DNA of 63,846 bases from a virus (lineage: Duplodnaviria > Caudoviricetes), in IMG/VR virus record IMGVR_UViG_3300036766_002130, positions 1-63,846 of that record, one strand, 5' to 3'. The notes under the pieces were generated by a model. It was not told the DNA's origin, did no database searches, and saw only the letters and a program-made list of their open reading frames with translations. A program made the position numbers and the translations under genes. Every line of letters starts with the position of its first letter. The first letter of the stretch is position 1. Shown one piece after another: positions 58,186 to 63,846 of the stretch.

Positions 58186-59451
58186 TTATATGTGTGGCAA
58201 ATCTTTCCTATAAACTTCGACCAATACACGAAGCTCAACCCTGGTATCGAGATCGATCCTGGGAAAGCAACTTCCTACTACCAACTTGCCGTCAGAGGTA
58301 AACAAACCGAGCTCGGAAATTCCTTTTTTCGCAGACTTAGGCACGACAAATTCAAATGTTATTTTTTCCGGTAATATGTTAATGTTATCTGGATCAATAT
58401 CCCCATCCAAAACTGGATTTTCTACCACAAAATCTGCTCCGGAATCCGCACAAAGACTGCAGGGGTAGTTTCCGGTTCCAAGTTTCCACTTGAGAATACT
58501 CTTAACAAACGCTTCCGGTGACTCATCAAAATTTGTTCCATCATCAAAATTCCAAGCTTCGCTACTTCCCTCTTGGTCAAAGTACTTTGTAGATACTTGC
58601 CAATCCCCCATAACCTTACAATAGATATCTCCGTCTACTTCAATTACATGTCCAAATTCATCGGTTTTTGGATTCAGAAGAAGAATATAATGTGGAACTG
58701 TATGAACTGGTCTAGTATCCTCAATTCTACTATACAAGTTATCTAAGTAGCTGCTTCGCCACAAGTAATTACTGATTACTCCTCCCGATACCCCTGATTC
58801 TCCACTACCAATGGTATAAACTCTATTTAAAAGGATCTCTACTCCAAAGTGTGGACTTTTATAGTAAGAACTATCAAAACCAGGAGGATTTTCATTTTCA
58901 TCCCCAACAAACCATTCTGTCATATAAAAGGTACTGTAGTCCTTAGTATACATATCATATAGGTTTACTGTGAACTTTTGAACTAGAGCTATAATCTGAA
59001 TAGATTTGTATGTTCCCTTGATCTTGTACCAAGGAATTGCCTGGGCAATATCTCTTTTAATTTCTGCTATAGTAGTTTCATCTTCCGGGGGCAAGCCAAG
59101 TCCAATAAGGGCAGCTATATTCTTCAGGTAAGCTCTTGAGGTTACTAAGTCAGGATTGGATAGTTTAACTATATCTCTAACTTTTGTTAACCAGCTTCCA
59201 ACTTCAAGTTCTACTTCATCCACGTAGTCGAGAAGGATTTGGGATGTATGATATTTTACTGGAATTAGTCTAAGAAGGTCTAAAGCTACAGTGTGTTGAA
59301 TATCAGCACTAAACTCCATTTCCATTTCTATTTCAGTATCTAGAAATGGTCTGTGAGCCATAGTATAGCTAACATCGAAATCCATTTCCATTTCTATAGT
59401 AGCAGAGTTCTCCCAGTCTAAGTGGTAACCTTCATCAGCATGCCAACCCAC
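58186..59451 (-). CDS. Baseplate wedge-like protein
   Basis: LIP.KY, L..IA..IG, YKIKGT..SI, RPVH, ISELGLF. Confidence 0.6.
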   Translation of the reverse strand: MGWHADEGYHLDWENSATIEMEMDFDVSYTMAHRPFLDTEIEMEMEFSADIQHTVALDLLRLIPVKYHTSQILLDYVDEVELEVGSWLTKVRDIVKLSNPDLVTSRAYLKNIAALIGLGLPPEDETTIAEIKRDIAQAIPWYKIKGTYKSIQIIALVQKFTVNLYDMYTKDYSTFYMTEWFVGDENENPPGFDSSYYKSPHFGVEILLNRVYTIGSGESGVSGGVISNYLWRSSYLDNLYSRIEDTRPVHTVPHYILLLNPKTDEFGHVIEVDGDIYCKVMGDWQVSTKYFDQEGSSEAWNFDDGTNFDESPEAFVKSILKWKLGTGNYPCSLCADSGADFVVENPVLDGDIDPDNINILPEKITFEFVVPKSAKKGISELGLFTSDGKLVVGSCFPRIDLDTRVELRVLVEVYRKDLPHI

Positions 59452-59454
59452 AGC

Positions 59455-60765
59455 CTAACTCCTATCTATGTCGGATTGCAATCTAAATAGATTGTATCTC
59501 CAAGGATTAGTTGTTACAGTTAAGGTTGCTGGATCGGAATATACCTCGCCAGCTACATTGTAAGCTCTACATTTATAAGTTCCAGCATCACCATAATCTG
59601 CATAAAATGACAAAGTTGAATTTGTCTTACCAGTTAACTCAATATCATCTTTGTACCATTGATAACTTGGGGTTGGAGCACCAACGGCAGTAATCGAAAA
59701 GGAAGCCAACTGTCCCTTAGCAACAGTAATACTATCAGGTTGATACGTGATTACTGGTGATGCTTCTATAGTAAGGATAGAAACATACCCAATCCCACTT
59801 CCATAACTATAACTAGTTACCCCAACCTTATCATCTATTAAAGCAGAACTTCCGGAAATTGTACGGTATTCACTTTCAAAAGATTCTGAGGGTACTACTA
59901 TACCCCCACCCTCATCAACTATTACTATACTTAATCCATCTGCTAAAGTAGAAAACATGATGGGTATGGTATTGTCACTTAACTTTACTGCCGTAATGCC
60001 GTAAGTCGGATGATCCCCTATAAGAGTAGTTTTAGCTTGAACTACACCCCCACCCGGTTCATATATTGCGTAGTAAAGGCCGCCTGTACTGGACCAGAGC
60101 AGCATAAAATTGCCAGTACTTAGAGGAACTGGGATTGCTGAGAGAACTACATCATCTACAATTGTTGGACCCTTAACAACAGTACCACTTTGATTATAGA
60201 TAGCAAACTGTAGTTCCTCACCCAAAAATTCCCAATTTCGGTAAGCTACAACAAAATTCCCCCCTACTAAAGTTGAGACCTTGGCAAAGGTGTTAACATC
60301 ATCTGAAGTAATTGTGGTTTCGGCCTTTATCAGATTTCCATCTGCATCATAGATAACAAAATAAAGACTCTCTGGGGCTGTTGTGTCGTAGACAATAACA
60401 AAATTGCCATTATTTAGGGTACAGCAACCTAATCGGGTTAGAGCATAATTGGCTTTGAAAACTGTAGAAGCTTTTACAACCACCCCAGTTGGTGAATAAA
60501 TAACAAAATTGCAATTAAATGTGTCCCAGTCTCCATAAGCTACGACTACATTTCCATTTAACAATTTAGTTACAGCTAGTGGCCAGGGGGCTAAACTAGC
60601 AAAAGTGCCAGAATAAGCTGCTACCAATTCGTTGGTATAGATAGCAAACTTTCCATAGTTTAGATCCCCTTCTTCTTCATATGCAACAAACAGATTACCT
60701 GTATCCAATGCCACACAATCGGATAAGTAAGTGCTATTAGAGAATACTTCAGATATCCAACTCAT
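59455..60765 (-). CDS. Virion protein: beta-propeller-like repeats plus Ig domain
   Basis: Repeated L.NGNFV; YQWYKD...DAGTYKC. Confidence 0.7.
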   Translation of the reverse strand: MSWISEVFSNSTYLSDCVALDTGNLFVAYEEEGDLNYGKFAIYTNELVAAYSGTFASLAPWPLAVTKLLNGNVVVAYGDWDTFNCNFVIYSPTGVVVKASTVFKANYALTRLGCCTLNNGNFVIVYDTTAPESLYFVIYDADGNLIKAETTITSDDVNTFAKVSTLVGGNFVVAYRNWEFLGEELQFAIYNQSGTVVKGPTIVDDVVLSAIPVPLSTGNFMLLWSSTGGLYYAIYEPGGGVVQAKTTLIGDHPTYGITAVKLSDNTIPIMFSTLADGLSIVIVDEGGGIVVPSESFESEYRTISGSSALIDDKVGVTSYSYGSGIGYVSILTIEASPVITYQPDSITVAKGQLASFSITAVGAPTPSYQWYKDDIELTGKTNSTLSFYADYGDAGTYKCRAYNVAGEVYSDPATLTVTTNPWRYNLFRLQSDIDRS

Positions 60766-60815
60766 TATTTACCCTGGTCTAAATGATAATCTTCGTCGGT
60801 GTACCAACCTATTTA

Positions 60816-63098
60816 CTAACTTCTGTCCACGTCAGATTGCAATTTAAACAAATTGTATCTCCAAGGGTTATCAACAACAGTCAATGTTGCGGAATCGGAA
60901 GACACTGCTTCACCAACACCATTATCAACATAACATTTGTAGGAACCTGCATCTGCAAAATTGCAGTAGAAGGAAAGACTTGGGCCCATTTCTCCAGCAA
61001 GGATCTGGACACCTTTATACCATTGGTAGGAAGGGGTAGGAACACCTATTGCTGTAACTGAAAAAGAAGCCAGTTGCCCTGCAGCAACAGTAATATCTCC
61101 AGATTGGTCAGTTATCTCCAAATACTGAACTGTAAGCTCTATTGGATCAGACCAATCTTCCCCCACTATGTTGTATGCTCTACATTTATAATAACCAGCA
61201 TCAGTCCTACCAGCAGTAAAATCAAGAGTTGAATTGGTCTCCCCAGTAATTAAATCGTACCCTTCTCCACCATCAAACCACCACTCATATTCAGGATCCG
61301 GGTTGCCAGTTGCTGTAACAAATAAACTAACTGGGTCCTCCTCATCAACAGTAGTATCGCTAGATTGATCGGTTATCTCTGGAACTGTAGCCAGCCCTTC
61401 GGTATAAAGATAATTAATCTCATCCCAAGTTAAGCATCTATTCCAAGCCGCAATGGCATCTAACAGCCCATCGTAATCGTCATAATTAGCGTTAATTTGA
61501 CAATTCTGCCCAAACATTAATGCTTGATTGTTTGAAGCATCACTTGCAGCTTTAGAACTTATATCTGTGGCAACTTTCCCGGCACCGTTGTTAACAATTA
61601 TTTCTAAGAATCCATTACGATCAATGTTGACAACTACAAACGCCCACTCATCTATATCTTCTGTGGAAACTGCTACGCTATATTGAGTTGGGAATAAAAC
61701 TTGAACTCCAACTTGGTCAGTAGCATCGTCACAATAAATTGCGTAGCCTAATGTACCCGAAACTTTAAATTTATGGAGGAGTGTCCCATATTTTCCTGCT
61801 TGAATGACCCCTCGTTTCATCCATAAAGCTATGGCTATATCTTGATTCGGGGCAAGATCAATATTATTAATATCCCCACAATTCACAGTATCCGGCAAGG
61901 ATTGATCAAAATCAAAAGCTCCACCAAAATGGCCGGTTGTGTGAAGAAGATTTGTGTTTCTCGAAGATGCTCCAGTATTTCCTTTTCCACTAATATCCTG
62001 AACGGTGGTATTAGCAGCATCATCATCCAATGGCCAAGCCCCTTGCAATCCATCCCAAATACTTGTTGCTGGATCTGGAGCTGGAGGTGCTGTGCCCAGG
62101 ACGAGCGCATTCAAAGAAGATCCAGTTCCAACATCAAGAAAAGCAAGACGGGTTAAATTATCATCAAATGCTCTAACATTACCAGAGCCACCATCCTGAT
62201 CGGTACCCAAAGCTCCAGCACAGAAAACATAATCAGTTGTACCTCTCTCAACTTTAATTTGCGTTGATTGAGCGCCGGTATCATAGGAAGCTAAAAGAGA
62301 ATCGCCACTTGCAGCAACCTTTCGGATTGAAAGATTGGAAGCTCTAGTTGTTGGAATTAAAAGATTGTTATTACTATCATAATCAAGCTTCTGTGGATAT
62401 GCACCATTACCTAAAGCAAACTCATCCCAATATGCTACTCCTTCTTTGTTAAATTTACGTACTGTAGAAGTCCAGGGACTAACATAAATACTCTGTCCTA
62501 TAGCATAGTCGCCATTTGGCCACATACACATACCATAAGAACATCCAGCAGTGGCCCTTGTCCATAGATAAACCATTTTGGAACCATCAGAACGTAAATA
62601 ACGTGTTGCACATTGACCTCCAGAAAATCTTGTACCACAGCCAACCACATTCCCTTCCGGCAAAAATTTAACATCAAAAGAGTATATTGGAGTCCCGGAT
62701 TGGCCCGAAGCACTCCAGACCTTAACACCAGAGGCATTAAGTAACGTAACTGATTTATCCGGTGTTCCAAATTCGACATGAGCTATAGCTAACCAACCAA
62801 ATGAATCCGCATCAAGCCCGTATGGTTTATAAGAGGAAGAACCAATGTTGTACATCCCACCAACCGCCCAGGTGGCGTCTAGAACCATCAAAGAAGTATA
62901 TTTGTAGACTTTTCCTTCATTCGTACCTACATATAAATTGCCAGTTGAATCTTTGGCCAGGGACAAAACACTTGCGGTTGTCCCAACATCCCAACTGTTT
63001 GAAATAGTCAAAGTCTGGGCTACAGTATCATAGGCAACGAGCCATAGATTCTTATTGCTAACTCTATCACCACCAACTAGGAAATTAATTGTAGCCAT
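60816..63098 (-). CDS. Virion adhesin: propeller, LamG/ConA and two Ig domains
   Basis: GAWPLD...QDISG.GN, YDGLLD..AWNR.L; two Ig repeats. Confidence 0.75.
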   Translation of the reverse strand: MATINFLVGGDRVSNKNLWLVAYDTVAQTLTISNSWDVGTTASVLSLAKDSTGNLYVGTNEGKVYKYTSLMVLDATWAVGGMYNIGSSSYKPYGLDADSFGWLAIAHVEFGTPDKSVTLLNASGVKVWSASGQSGTPIYSFDVKFLPEGNVVGCGTRFSGGQCATRYLRSDGSKMVYLWTRATAGCSYGMCMWPNGDYAIGQSIYVSPWTSTVRKFNKEGVAYWDEFALGNGAYPQKLDYDSNNNLLIPTTRASNLSIRKVAASGDSLLASYDTGAQSTQIKVERGTTDYVFCAGALGTDQDGGSGNVRAFDDNLTRLAFLDVGTGSSLNALVLGTAPPAPDPATSIWDGLQGAWPLDDDAANTTVQDISGKGNTGASSRNTNLLHTTGHFGGAFDFDQSLPDTVNCGDINNIDLAPNQDIAIALWMKRGVIQAGKYGTLLHKFKVSGTLGYAIYCDDATDQVGVQVLFPTQYSVAVSTEDIDEWAFVVVNIDRNGFLEIIVNNGAGKVATDISSKAASDASNNQALMFGQNCQINANYDDYDGLLDAIAAWNRCLTWDEINYLYTEGLATVPEITDQSSDTTVDEEDPVSLFVTATGNPDPEYEWWFDGGEGYDLITGETNSTLDFTAGRTDAGYYKCRAYNIVGEDWSDPIELTVQYLEITDQSGDITVAAGQLASFSVTAIGVPTPSYQWYKGVQILAGEMGPSLSFYCNFADAGSYKCYVDNGVGEAVSSDSATLTVVDNPWRYNLFKLQSDVDRS

Positions 63099-63139
63099 TT
63101 TTCACTTTCAACAGAAATCTTGTACTATCTTGAGCAGTT

Positions 63140-63649
63140 CTACTTCTGCCTCATCTTTAACTGGAAGTATATAGTATCACCCGCTAGAATTGTTCTCTCT
63201 GGATCGATGGATACTGCACCAATAAGTACTCCGGAGTTGTCGGATGATGTGCATAAGAACGCCCCATTTATTGGACCAATATCCCCACCAACAGCGGTTA
63301 GGGATACTTCCTTTGTAGTAACCCTCCAGTGCCCTTCATATTGATCAAGGGTCGGGAATCCCACATTAGATCTTTCAATCTGAAGCCTAGAATATCCATT
63401 TCCACTAGGTTCATTGGGAACAGTAACTAAAGTGGTTTCCTCAGAAATAGATCCTTTGCAAAGCCCTGTCCAGAAGTTATCAGAAGCAAAGTAAGTCGAA
63501 TCATTCTTTCTAAAAAAGGTATCGACAACAGCTTTTTCTCCCTCGTCAACCAAGATGTTGGAGCGTTCTTCCTTCCAAACTAACCCACCATTTTTATCAA
63601 AGCACCTTATACACCAGATGCACTCATACCATTCGTGTTTCTTACCCAT
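63140..63649 (-). CDS. Phage tail/baseplate structural protein (start MGKKH)
   Basis: N.LVDEG, EPSGNGYSR, acidic; structural operon context. Confidence 0.55.
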   Translation of the reverse strand: MGKKHEWYECIWCIRCFDKNGGLVWKEERSNILVDEGEKAVVDTFFRKNDSTYFASDNFWTGLCKGSISEETTLVTVPNEPSGNGYSRLQIERSNVGFPTLDQYEGHWRVTTKEVSLTAVGGDIGPINGAFLCTSSDNSGVLIGAVSIDPERTILAGDTIYFQLKMRQK

Positions 63650-63846
63650 TTTTGAACCCTCGAACTCTATCAATAACAGATTCCATATTATCCAACTCAC
63701 GTTCCCAGATAACTAAAGTTTTCCAACCATGGCGTGCGAAATGGTCAGTTCTTTGTTGCTCTTCTTCTGGCTTATGCCAATAACTACCAAAAAATTCAAT
63801 AATTTTCTTTTGTCCGTTGATGTTGATGAAGTCGGGATTCTTCCCT
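63642..63846 (-). CDS. C-terminus of a Vsr-like PD-(D/E)xK endonuclease (partial)
   Basis: Manual translation: GKNPDFININGQKKIIEFFGSYWH...GWKTLVIWEREL. Confidence 0.78.
   Translation of the reverse strand, partial: GKNPDFININGQKKIIEFFGSYWHKPEEEQQRTDHFARHGWKTLVIWERELDNMESVIDRVRGFKNG

Noticed and set aside
59455-61110. Diversity-generating retroelement TR/VR pair
   Set aside because: Both copies are coding, differences are not adenine-restricted, and no reverse transcriptase is in the window.
1-63846. CRISPR array
   Set aside because: No regularly spaced repeat-spacer run; the repeats are dispersed promoters and IS ends.
1-63846. Stop-codon reassignment
   Set aside because: Conserved genes are full length in the standard code and end in TAA, TAG and TGA.

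Overview
This window is an AT-rich fragment of a large tailed dsDNA bacteriophage, probably infecting a diderm host (tentatively Planctomycetota). It has three transcription blocks. (1) Minus strand, 1-35.2 kb: replication and recombination genes (RecA, UvsY-like, SSB, DnaX-like, UDG-PolA, beta-clamp, primase, RNA ligase, SNF2, DnaB, initiator, RNase HII), a dispersed 7-deazaguanine DNA-modification pathway (dpdA-like, queC, queF, queE, HNH-folE), a GC-rich kdsA and a tnpB. (2) Plus strand, 35.7-44.5 kb: envelope-targeted small genes, a DNA methyltransferase, a sigma-like protein and a radical SAM enzyme. (3) Minus strand, 44.8-63.8 kb: a ~10 kb glycosylation cluster next to tail and baseplate genes. 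Four observations stand out. First, the family A polymerase has its palm motifs in the permuted order C-A-B. Second, a TnpB has lost its left end and gained a promoter, and its guide matches an allele of the neighbouring initiator gene; an orphan omegaRNA shares that promoter, and mini-IS hairpins are scattered through the window. Third, a shared RBS plus signal-peptide module is fused to different cargo proteins. Fourth, an HNH-FolE fusion is followed by the scar of a displaced folE. All calls come from motif recognition by eye; no searches were run.
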